Shown: piece by piece, positions 27,541 to 39,359 of the stretch | How positions within the stretch are numbered: the first letter of the stretch is position 1 | Layout: each line of letters starts with the position of its first letter | Assembly (NCBI GenBank): GCA_035221665.1 | Contig: CM069140.1 | Location: 21,576,001 to 21,640,000, forward strand | Length of the DNA: 64,000 nt | Direction of reading: 5' to 3' | Origin: Okamejei kenojei | Lineage: Eukaryota | The notes under the pieces: generated by a model | Told to the model about the DNA's origin: nothing | The model's database searches: none | The model's input: the letters and a program-made list of their open reading frames with translations, nothing else | Made by a program: the position numbers and the translations under genes

Positions 27541-28832
27541 CGGTACAACATTTATCTTTTTATATTGGTTTTAATCTACACTACACTACAGTGCACATTT
27601 CAATCTATGTTGGTGGCAATCTCAAGTAATGTCACATTGTGCTGATTAAGCATTTAACTTCTTGCCTTTTCCCTTTTTGATATGTGATGTTAAGTCCCTT
27701 TTAGATGGTATTTTAAAAACATAAGTACTTTATACAAAAATGGGTCCATAGTGATGTGTAGCTAGATTATTATCAAAAAACAAGTATAGGTGCAATAAAA
27801 CTGATAAAAAATGCTGAGGTTTTAATATCTCGATTATTTAATGAAGGTCATCATGATTTAGTACAAAGGCACATGAGAAGGATAATAAAATGAAGCTTAA
27901 AAATATCCCAGGACCGTTTGTAACCACAATTTTGTTTTTTTACAATGCGGAAGAACTGCAAGATGCTGGTTTAAACACCGAAGATAGACAAAAAGCCGGA
28001 GTAACTTAGCGGACAGAGCTAGCATCTCGGGATAGAAGGAATGGGTGACCTTCTTTTCAGACTCTTCTCAGACATGACAGTCTGGAGCAAAGGGTGTTAG
28101 ACCCGAAACATCACTAATTCCTTCTATCCAGAGATGCTGCCTGTCCTTTTCTCTGGAGGCACTACATCATTTTTGTCTATTACCTGTTTTCTGCATCTCT
28201 TTAACGATGTGTGAAACAGAAAATAATATTAAACATGAATTTACTTCTTTAATCAAAGTTTGTTATAGCTACAAATTGTGTTGAGAACAACCAGTTTACT
28301 TTTAAAAAAAGAATTACTGAATACTGGCATTTTAAAAGGCTTGGGATTGGGGACCGACTATTAAACTGTTTTTTATTTGGTATCCTGGTCTAGAAAGCGA
28401 GTAGAGACCGATGCAACTTTTTAAAAAAACATGAAACATTAAGTTAGATTACCTTAATTACACAAAAAATAATGCCATGATATAATTGCAGTTGGGAGAA
28501 TGACACAGGATAATCAAGACTAGATGTTGAATGTCCAAGGGTGTCCAATCTTGCGCAAGGATATTCATAAGGGAAAAGTGTAGAAGTTGGAATGTTCTGT
28601 TACAGTTGTACAAGTCATTGGTGAGGCTGCATTTAGACTATTGTGTTCTGTTTTAGTCACCCTGCTAGAAGAAGGATGTCATTAATTTGGAAAGAATGCA
28701 AATAGGACTAGCTTCAATGGGAAATCTTGATTGGCATCAATGAGTTGTGCCGAAGGGCCTGTTTCTGTGCTGTATGTCTTTATGACTAAAATACATTTGC
28801 CCATAAAAGGCAGATGTAGAATCAGTCTAGAT

Positions 28833-29024
28833 TAGTGGTTTGTTAACCTGGCGGTCGTGCCCCCTATGGGGGTTGGTTGGGCTTTGCAGGGGGGTCGTGA
28901 AGGGGACACAAATAACATGTCAATTTGTTGAGCCCATGTTTAGGAACCTAACAAAGGTACATACCTTACACAGTATTTTGTTCATGTATGCGTGTACTGG
29001 TGCCAAAATGGTTACGAACCACTG
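28833..29024. mobile_element. hAT-Charlie-like MITE
   Basis: tagtggtt..aacc / ggtt..aaccactg termini; left flank gtctagat fits the NTCTAGAN target, right flank degenerate. Confidence 0.45.
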
Positions 29025-30927
29025 GAGATGGAGTTAAGAAGCATCTAAGGCAGTAGACATTGGTGGGAGTTGTCTATAGGGCTCCAGTCTGTCATATGAA
29101 GCGCAGGATGGCATCCAACGGGAAATTACAGATGGATGTAACATTGCAGTAATAATGGGTGATTCCAATCTACATTAAAAATTGTCTGAAACACATTAAT
29201 AATGCAGAGATGGGGGGAAAAAAGTTTTTTCCCATATGATTGAAACATAAGTACAACTGTGATTGTGGGGTGAGGTTAAAAACAATATGGTTAAATTATT
29301 GGGAGGGGGGAAGATGAGATTGAACTATTTAAGGTAACCATGACTGCACCTTATCTCATACACCACCTGTACTCACCCCCACTGCCCCTTCCTGCAACTT
29401 AAAACATGTTCCACTTCCAATGAAGTGGCTTTGACCTGAAATTTTTCATTTCATCTCACCCTGCTTTTTGACATCCTCACTGTTTGCAGAATTTTCTGTT
29501 TCGTACAGTTAACAATTTATTTTGGGTTCTGTGTGCTCTATAGACACACTTGCTTTCACTTAAATATATTATAATACTGAAGTGCAGGGAATTCTTATTC
29601 CTTATTTTATGTGCTTATAACTGATTGAGGATTTATTACAAAATTGATTTAAAGGCAATGCAATTAAATTGAATTGAAATAAATGTTATACCATAAATGT
29701 ATGCATTCAAGGTAATTTTGCCCTTGGTGCTTTGATTGCAAGGATAACAACATATAAACATAAATAATTAAAAATAAAATATTATAATTTAAACATGTGA
29801 AGAATAAAATAAAATACCAGTGCAAAAGGACGCTACAGACTTTTGGCTTTGAGTAGAGCTTACTGTTACGTGGAAAAAAGCTGATTTTTTTGTCTGGCTG
29901 TGACGGCTTTGACAGTCCGTAGTCGCCTCCCAGGGGGAAGTACTTCAGAGTTTGTGGCCAGGGTGAGAGGGGTCTGAGTTTATAACCAAGACCAACATTA
30001 AACAGGGGCAGGGTAGTTTGTTATTCAGCCTGAAGAATCTATTTCTCCAAGTAACTAGACCATGGTCAATTTGTATTTCAACTCTAACTGCATAGTTGGT
30101 TTCATAATCCTAGCCAAAGAAAAATCTATTGGAACTGTTATGAAATTTTTTAATGTGTTACCCAAAAATGTTTCATTTTGGGAATGAATGAAAAGAATGA
30201 GCAGGAATTCGACCTTTTCGAATTTAAAAGATGTATCCCTTGGCTGGAAGATGTTGACAGCAAGGGATCAATCTCAGGACATAGCACGACATTTATGACT
30301 GAGACAAGAAGAATTTATTTTCTCTCACAGGATCATGATCCTGTAGAATTGTCATACAGGAGGTGGTGGAGACCTCCTACTTTTAAAAGGGATCAATAGA
30401 GGCCTTGACATAAAATATATCAAGGTAGTCTTGAGATAGAAGATTGGCAGTGTTTGTATTGAATGCAAAACAGGCACATATGGCAGAAATGCCTCATTTT
30501 TTCTGTTTCCACATACAGTGAGTTGCAGGAAGATGATTCGTGACATGAAAACATATTCTCTCAAAACATATAATTTACTAATCTTAAAAGTATAAAGAAC
30601 TATATGTCTGTATTTAAATGGGCACTATGATGTTTGGTGCGCAGTTTGGAGTATTGTAATAGTATCTGAGTAGTGCTAACTACAAAATAATTATCCTCCT
30701 TTGATACATACTCCATTGAGCAATCAATAAAAAGTGGCATACGGGCAATTGAGTGAACATTTAATTTCTTAAAATTAAATGTTAATCACAATCGGCATTG
30801 GACTGTTGTGAAGAAACCTTTTCCCAACTATGTGTTTTAAAACATTATTGTCAGTAATTTGAAATGTGGCAAACTGTTAAATCATCATTCTGTAAACAGT
30901 AATGTGCTTGCAAAGTCATTGATGATG

Positions 30928-31999
30928 TAAGCCACCCAATAAGCGAGTTTGGTATTCCGACTGCGCATGCCCAGGTCACAGATCACTAGCTATAAAGTCT
31001 CGGCAACGGTGGTGCTGCATTGTGTGCAGGCTTGCGTTTCATTCGTGATCGGGGTCGGGGCCTGGTTCTCCGTGCCGGCGGGTGCTCTTGAGTTGCTGCT
31101 AGGCCGTCCCCGTCCCTCCCCGGTTCTCCCCGTCCCACATGCCAGAGGTGTCCGGGTGCCCTGGGCTGGCGGGGCGGCTCCTGACTTGCAGCCGCTGGCT
31201 CCAGCATCGGCTCTGTCTGTCCCCCGACGGGATGGTCGCAGCCATACCTCCACCCCCCTCCCCCTCAGTCCGACACCGCGATCCTGCTGAAGATGGGCAG
31301 CCGCTGGCTCCAGCTCGGCTCTGCCTGTCCCGCCGGGTTGGCTGGCAGCCCTCTACCTCCACCCCCCAGGCAGCAGCAACCTCCTCCCCCTCCCTTGCCC
31401 AGCCGCAAGCTCAGAGTCCGGATCAGCTCCAACTCCAGATCGGGGCTGAAGGCCGTCCGCAGCGCGGCCCAGTCTAGCGCCGGTCCGGAGGAGGCTGAGC
31501 CCAGTCTAGCGCTCTGACGCAGGCGAGGCCGGGGCCCTCGCTCCTTCTCGGGGTTGTGGATGAAGTGGCAGTGGGTACCTTAGGGGCAGAAACCGGTGGT
31601 GTGGAAGGTACGTCTTGTACTTGGGGTTGCGGCTTAGGGAGCGCAGCTCAGGCCATGGGCGAACTGGCACTTGTTGCCGTAGCGGCCCATCGGGGAGCGG
31701 GTTCCCCGAGTTGGATCGGGTGTGGCTGAAATTGCCCGCTGTATTGGTTCCTCCATGCTGGGCCTGGGGGCCGGTGTCCCGTTGGTCCCGGAGCTCCGCT
31801 GCCCCCCGGCTGGGATGAACACTTGGAGTGGGTGTGGAGGGGAACCGGTACGGTCCAGTGGCGGTTCAGCAAACTATACTCACTGAATCTACAGTGCTTC
31901 GTTCGATTTTTATTTTAACGTTCGACCTTTGACAAATCCCATATTGCTTGCGTTTTTTTGGAAATCCCGAACTCGCTAATCAATGGAATTTCTGGCTTA
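30928..31999. mobile_element. putative non-autonomous DNA transposon enclosing the ZFP36-like fragment
   Basis: taagcca..taagcgagtttggtattccga (30928-30960) is an imperfect inverted repeat of ttggaaatcccgaactcgctaa..tggctta (31958-31999); sharp GC transition; no clear TSD. Confidence 0.5.
31265..31875 (-). pseudogene. decayed tristetraprolin/ZFP36-family (tandem CCCH zinc finger) gene fragment
   Basis: minus strand RYGNKCQFAHG/ELRSLSRNPKYKT/TFHTTGFCP*GTHCHFIHN..RPRLRQS and C-terminal RLPIFSRIAVSD-stop; deletions in both fingers, frameshifts, in-frame TAA at 31580-31582. Confidence 0.9.
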
Positions 32000-34377
32000 T
32001 TAGAAATCGCAAAAGTCTTAGTCGTGCAGCATGGAAACAGGGTCCCCGTCGACACACCAGGCCATGCTGGCCAAGATGCCCCATCTACACAGTAACCCAC
32101 CTGCATGCACTTAGCACATTCTCGACTGTAATATGGACTGTCCTCAAGACATCTCTATTAACTGTCCTAAGTTCCCAGGCCCTTGTGTCTTTCTGCACAG
32201 TAAAAACTGAGAGAAATACTTATTGAGGACCTTGCCCATCTCCTGCAATTCCACACAGAGATGACCACTTTGGTTTCTAGAATAGGGGCCCTATTCTCTC
32301 TCTACCTGCCCTCTATCCCTTAATGTACTTCAAATCACTTTGGATTTTCCTCATTATCTGCCAGAGCTAGTTCCTGACATCTTCATGCCCTCCTGATTTT
32401 GGTTGTAAGATGTTATTATTTAGTATCTTGCCACGGCAGATGTGTCAGACCATCATGTAGAATAAAATTCTTGGAATTTATGTTCTTCAGTCATTAAATA
32501 ATCTTTTACACTTCAATACAATAAAGAAAAAGAAACGTGCTTTTTTGTAATAACGTCTGCCTGAACCAGTAGCGAGAAATTTGGTTTAATCTTACATCTA
32601 ATGTACATGTACAACATATTATCTTTTTTGCTCCAGTACTGCAGTTATCTCCAACAAGCTGCTTGCTGGAAAAAAAGGTAAACCTAAGGATGAGCCGAAC
32701 ATGTTTTCAACCTTTATGCGCACCATTCGAGAGACAAAGCATCCCAATCTGGTACTGATATACAAATCTGCAGTACTACAAAGTTACATCTTAAAAACGC
32801 AGTTCAATTCGGCTTGCGTTTGACTCAATTGTATGAGAATGTGGGTCCTTCCATTTAGACATTCAGAGACAAAGGTCCTCTCAGTAAAATTATTGCATTT
32901 TTGCCCTTGAAAGTTCAATTCACAGCAAGCATCGACAACATGGAATCAAAATTTAATTTGCTCAGGTGCTATATTTTGCCAAAGGTAGATATCATTACCA
33001 AAATTCACCACTGTCTGTGACTGAAGAGAAGAATTTTCAGAGATAAGCATTGAATATCCAGCGCAGAAGTGATCCCTGTGTAGACATGGGCAAAAGTACA
33101 GTAGGCACCATAAATATAGGGGAAGTATAACCAATGTATCCTCTGCAAAGTCCTTCAAGTGTACGATGAGCCACAGTGTCCACATCCCTGACGTGAGACT
33201 CCCAAAAAGAGCAACAAGATTTCCAGGAGAACAGAAAATATTTTAAGAATGGCTCTGAATCGCCCAACAATATTGTAACATCCTCACCCACTTATTATCA
33301 ACTCCAGTCCATGATCATTTAAATTGAAAGAGGAGCAACTGGAAAGGCATCTAACATTAGACAATCCACCCACCCACACATTCAAGCTGCACTTGTGTAT
33401 CGTATATTGGGATCAGTAGCCGATGCAGAATACATAGATGGAGAATGGAAGTACTCATCTTCATCCCTAAGGGAATGCTTACGATGAGAAGATTGAAGTG
33501 CTAGTCTATTTTGTGCTGAAATTCTAGGTTGAGTTTGAATCCACAATCTACTAAAACTCCATGTACTGATATTTTGTGGCATTAAATTTCTGCTGCTGCA
33601 ACTCAAAATATGTTCCTTGTTCCAAGCTAGATCAAATATATCTGTGGTATTACAGTAAAACTTTAATCTGCTATCGGACCATTTGAACATCCCAATGATT
33701 TGGCATCTGGTTTGCAAAGGACCTGGTTCCCACATCCTGGAAACTTGCCCCTTCACTGGAAAATGTATTTAGAATGTTGTTGTCTTTTTTTTAAATTATG
33801 AATGGATATTGTGTTGGAATATTATCATGAAACACACCGTCTTAAAATCTGAAAAATCAAAAAAACTGAAAGATTGTGGAAATCTAAAATAAAAACAAAA
33901 AGCTGGAAATATTCAGCAGATCCAGGCACTTCTTTAGGAATAGTTAACATTTCAGGTGGAAGAAGGTTTTAATGTATTCTCAAAAGAGAACTTGAACTTA
34001 AAAAAATATATAGGTTGTCAGACAGGATACTTGACTCTGCATGTCCATAGACACATTTACGCTTCAAACCAAGTCATGACCAGATCTATCTGGCGCACAA
34101 TGAAAGATAATCCTAGAAACTTGTGGAAGTATTTTTCCTTTCAGTTTTTTTTTTAAAGGAACTTTAATGAGCATTTGATTTAGAATTAGCTGTCAAAATG
34201 TTCGTTAGAAATTAATTTTGGGCATGAAGATTTTGTAGTTTACTTAATCTGTCGAAGTAGAGGGAAAATCTCAAGTTTGCAATATGTCTTGCCGATATAA
34301 GCAAGGATTGACTTTGGTCTGAATAAGATGTAATCTTTTTTGATATTATGCATTATAATGCTAAATTTGTTTATCAG

Positions 34378-34522
34378 GTAAAAGCTCAGTCTGAATTGCG
34401 AAAGACGCCTGTATCGGAGGCAAGGAAAACACCAGTGACTCAGTCACAAAACCAAACCAGCAACTCGCAGTTCATTCCCATTCACCATCCAGGAGCGTTT
34501 CCACCTCTTCCTAGCCGGCCGG
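34378..34522 (+). CDS. SMG7: SMG7 coding exon
   Basis: tatcag acceptor, G|gtgagt donor; VKAQSELRKTPVSEARKTPVTQ...SQFIPIHHPGAFPPLPSRPG. Confidence 0.97.
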
Positions 34523-35374
34523 GTGAGTGAACAGTTGTATGTTTCAATGTGGGATGTTATAAGTCAACTCAAGTTTATTATCATATGCACGGGACATGAT
34601 GAGGTACAGATGCAAATTTCTGCTTGCAGCACACAGGCAAATAGATAGAAACACAAAGCCATATTTTATACATAAATTACTCAAGTTCTGAAAGATGGTG
34701 AAAAAATAAATAACTGCAAAAAAAACCCCAAGACATTGGTGCAAACTACAATTCGAAATCAAATCCATGATTGTGCAAGAGGTCATTCCCAGTGGCAGGA
34801 TTGGGGTTGTGCAGGTTGGTAAGAAAGTAGCTGTGCCTGAAAACTGTGGACTTCAAGATCCTGTACCATCTCCCTGGCAGATAGCAGCAAGCTGTGCTAT
34901 TCCATGCAGTCATGGGTGTAAAGAGCAGAACGGGGCTAAGTGCACTGTCTTATAAATTCTTATTGTGCTTGACAGGATAGAGATAAGGTTAATGGCACAA
35001 CATAAGAGGTCAGCCATTAACACGGGCTCAAAACAAATCTTCATTCACTTTCTGTGAGGGCTGTGGAGGCTCAGTTGCTGAATGCATTAAAAACTGAAAA
35101 TTATAGATTTTTTAAATCACCAGGGATTCAAAGGAAATGGGTTAGTGCAGGAAAATAGCTGAGATAGGAAAAAATACCCGGTGACATGTGGAAAGGTCCT
35201 CTTTCTCCTTGGAATGAGTCTCCACAATTTTCAATTGTAAAACACCGAGAAAGGGTTGACGTTGTTACTGACCATTGCTAGGCCAACTTGTTTTATGGTG
35301 CCTTTCCATTGCACGCAATAGACTGGCATGTCTTATAATGACCAGTATTTCTGTCTTTTTGTGTTTAATTGTAG

Positions 35375-35730
35375 GGTTTTCCGCCACCTTCCCTACCTGG
35401 TGTCCGCCAACCAGTTACTTTCGCAGATGACTCCGTGCTAGTCATGCCACCTGGAGTGTCTATTACCTGGACCTTTCACCACTACTGCCACCCCACAAGC
35501 AGCAAACCAGGTACCAGGTGGGAAGCTCGCCCACCGTCCCTTACTGCCAGCACGTCCTTCTGGGCAAGGGCCAATAAACCAAGGGACTCCCAGCAACAAT
35601 CACATCAATCTCAGCAACAGCATCCAAGTCACTCCATCCAATCGAGCTTCAGTGCAGTTTGAACCAACATCGCCCACTAAGTCGGGGCGCAACAGTTGTG
35701 TGAAAGAATCAAACATCATCTACAGCCATG
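35375..35730 (+). CDS. SMG7: SMG7 Pro/Gln-rich exon with multiple frameshifts
   Basis: ttgtag acceptor, gtaagg donor; fragments GFPPPSY.., PPGVS, PGTF, PSGQGP, QQQSHQSQQQ, SPTK read in shifting frames. Confidence 0.8.
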
Positions 35731-36571
35731 GTAAGGAAAGTGTGGCAGATCGAATTGATAAAAACCCACTGCAATATAAGGCGAATAATTAACAGCTTTG
35801 TCAAATATCAATTTCTTAAGCAGAAAATTATTCTTTTTTTTCTGTCCTACGAGTAAAATATGGTTCATCCTTGCGAGAAATGTCAACACCATGTCATGAT
35901 ACAACCGTAATTCGAAATTATGTGTTACGTCTGTTTCGCATTATTGACACCACCATATATTTTTAAACAGAATTATCCAGATCGGTGAGCCAAATTGGTT
36001 ATATAAGATCAGAGATTAAATAATATAATGAATAGTATTGAGACAATAACAGATCTATGTACTGGCACAAATTGACATACTGTATTAATTCACATGGAAG
36101 ATCCATAATTGAAACGAAATTATATTCATGATATTTACCTATATGAAACTATTAATAAATCCCATGCTTTTGCTATCCCACAATACTGCATTGGTTTTTT
36201 GTTTATCATTCTCCCTCCTTTAAAACTGTTTGTGGTCCCCCCCCCCCTGCTATGGACATTGGATTAATGTCCTCATTCAGCGTATGGGACCTCAGCAAAA
36301 TGGCTTTTTACCGTTTGATATTGGAAATGGGAACTTTTGTTCATGTTTGGAGCTCAAAATGCTGAGGCCATGGAGAACTGACAAATATATGAGAGAGTTT
36401 TTCACATTATAAAATGCATAAACTGGTATTTTTCTTTTTCTTGTATGTGAAACCTTGATCAGATTTATTAATATGGAATTTGCTTATCTGATAGACGGTT
36501 CAAGGCCATGCTGTGAATAGGCAATCAATTTCTAGTTTCTTGCAATTAAAATCCTGTATTTTCTCAATGAG

Positions 36572-36830
36572 TATCTGCAGGCTGATCAGACTAACCAGCT
36601 TTGGAATCAACATCATCCTGTCTCCTCTCAACATCAGAAGAATTCCATCCAGATGTCTTTGAAGCAACAGCCCTATTACATGCATCAGGACCCATTAAAG
36701 CTGTTTGAAAAGTCACTACAACAATCACAGCAAGTCCAGATGGAAAAGAATTTGAAGGCTTTTGGTATGGAACCATTTAGCCAGAATCCTTCAGAGGTGC
36801 AAAAAATGCAAGACTTTGCATGGGACTATG
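36572..36830 (+). CDS. SMG7: SMG7 coding exon
   Basis: YLQADQTNQLWN...KQQPYYMHQDPLKLFE...MEPFSQNPSEV..DFAWDY; G|gtaagt donor; acceptor reads aatgag (atypical, possibly an error). Confidence 0.9.
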
Positions 36831-38563
36831 GTAAGTTAAATGTGCATGGGTATTCTTGTGTCACCTGCTTTTGATCTAGTGTGAAGTGTCTCAAAACATT
36901 TCTGATTTAAGCCATTAGAATTTCACATAAGATGGATCCTTGTTAAGTAAAACTGGTAGTAGGAAGACAACTTTTGCCTGGTGGTTTCTCTGGCTTAATT
37001 CACATCCACAACCATCCTTGCCTTTTTAAAAAAACCCTACCTCTACACCTCCAGAAACAACACATTTGTAAATTGCATTTTAGATATGGTTAGAATTTTA
37101 GTAACTTCTCACTTCGGTCATGCTATTACCTTGCAGTTTTAAAACCCATTGAATTATTGTTAAAACAGAACCCAAATGAAACTGGCTTCCTGGTGCAACA
37201 CAAAAAAATGCGACATCATGTTTACAGTCCCACGTCCACGAAAGGAATAAATTTGTTCACTTGCGAGACTGCTAGAGCATGGTGCATTGGTCTTCTCGGA
37301 GGTCAGAAAATCATTGAAGCATTTCATATAGTTTGTCTAACACTTCTGGCAAATTTTCCATCAGTTAAGGGAATAGAAATTCCTGTTATTCTTGATTCTA
37401 ACCTATAACTCTTGTCCTTCAACAACATTATCGCTTATTTTTACATAGTTTATTTGCATTATATTAATCATTAAATTTACATAACCTCATTTTAGGCAGG
37501 ACAATGTTTTGTTCTTCTTTTCAATTGACAAAATCCTTTATATCCCAACGTTTTTTATTTATTGCTATACTGCTGCTTTTTATACTAAATAAATCTAACC
37601 AGATGTCCTTCCACTAAATCCACCTTGTATTCAAAAGCAATACGGGACCTAGACCTCCTTCGATAAGCGGTTACCAATAAAGACAATGACACTAAGGAAT
37701 GAATTGATAGTCCACATCTATTATGTTTTCAGTTTTCTGTTCCCGAGCTGCACTTCTCCTGGCCCGAACTGTGGATAATGTAAGACTACCATGCATCAAC
37801 ACACAAATTTATGTCAAGCAAACAGACCTTCCTTGACACCACTTAAGAGGGACTCTGGTGTAAATCCTCGAATTTACCAACGCCATAATTAATATGCAGT
37901 TGACATTTGATATGTAGATTTGCACACAGTCCAAAGGGTGACAAGGACTTTGTTCACTGTTTTTTTTTAATCAAGGTGATCTTGTATATGCTGAAGGGGC
38001 AGGTGATTATCATTTCATAAACAGTAAAGAAGCTTTTTAATATTTTTTCTATTATAGATTTCCTGATCACATCTATGTCCCAATTAGCATGCTTAAATTG
38101 TTGTTTGGTTTTATCCAGGTGTGATATTTTAAATGTTACTGTATTAGGATACTCTCTTCTATTTGGGTCATCACAAAAGGTTTATTGGAGAATATCATTT
38201 GAACACGTTGTCTACTTAATATATTGAGTAGAAAAAGTGCTGCACTAATTGTAGCCCATATACATTGTCTGCTTTCCTAATTTAACACATCAATTCCCCA
38301 ATAATTAAAACGCCATTTGAAGATTTCAAAAGGAAAAGGAATTACCATTAATCCAGGTGATTTTTCTTTCAACCATATGAAATGGTGTAAGAGGAAGAAA
38401 TCAAGAAAATCTTGATGATTGTAAGTTAGATAAGCTATCAGGTTGGGCTTGAGAATTGGATCTTAATTGTGGAAATAATTGAGATTGCACGTGTGTTTAA
38501 TGTATGAATTGACACAAACCTAAATTGCTTTTCACGCCATTAAAATGTTTGTTCTTCTGTCAG

Positions 38564-38673
38564 ACATGCGACATATGATGGGACATCAGCTGACTAACGA
38601 TCATATGGTGAAACGGCACCAAGGAGTTTTTCGAACAGATCAGGATAATATGACTAGAATGCAGTCATACGAG
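38564..38673 (+). CDS. SMG7: SMG7 coding exon
   Basis: ttctgtcag acceptor, GAG|gtaaga donor; DMRHMMGHQLTNDHMVKRHQGVFRTDQDNMTRMQSYE; phases match both neighbours. Confidence 0.88.
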
Positions 38674-39359
38674 GTAAGATGTAAATAGAAATAGTTTGCA
38701 TTTAGTATGACATGAACAAATAATTGTGTGCATTTAAATTAGTTGAACTTGTATTTCAGTTCTGAGGTTTTTTAATTTTGTCAGGGAAAAAAACATTAAT
38801 TTTACCATTTAGTTTAAGATTTTAAATCCATTCTGTTGTCTAACATCTTTTGGGGAGTAACCTGTTCAATGCAAAGAACCTTTGATAATGAAACTAAAAT
38901 CATTGAAGGCATGAGAAGAAATAGCAGATTAATTCTGAGTTTAACATTTGTTACATTTTTCTTTGAGTTTCATTAATATGAGGATTTGAGAAAATAACCT
39001 TGTTTAGCGTTGGAGTTTAGAATTGGAGTTTAAAGAGAATGCTTTTCACTAGCTAGAGTTCTGTCTTGCATTGGAAAAACATGATAGTAGTTTGAGATCA
39101 ATCGCCGCATATCCAGGGCATCACTGCTGTAGACCTCGCCATTGTCTGTTTTAGTGATGACCTTTCCTCTGTAATATGGTCACAAGTGGATTGTTAAACA
39201 ACAATTACATTGGGTTTAGTTTATTCGCTACCTGCAATTCTTTGCCTTTATTAAACAGTCCATTCATGAATGCAGCAAGAACTAGGAATCATTTAGGCAT
39301 TGGCTAGTTTGCCACATCTCGTTTATGCACTGAAAGTCATTCCAATTAAAGAGAGAGGT

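Noticed and set aside
30949-31818. Several overlapping + strand ORFs of 67-113 aa
   Set aside because: By-products of high GC content antisense to the ZFP36-like fragment; no recognisable domain.
31265-31875. Functional nested ZFP36 gene
   Set aside because: Both zinc fingers lack essential Cys-containing segments, with frameshifts, an in-frame TAA and no start exon; multi-codon deletions are not typical read noise.
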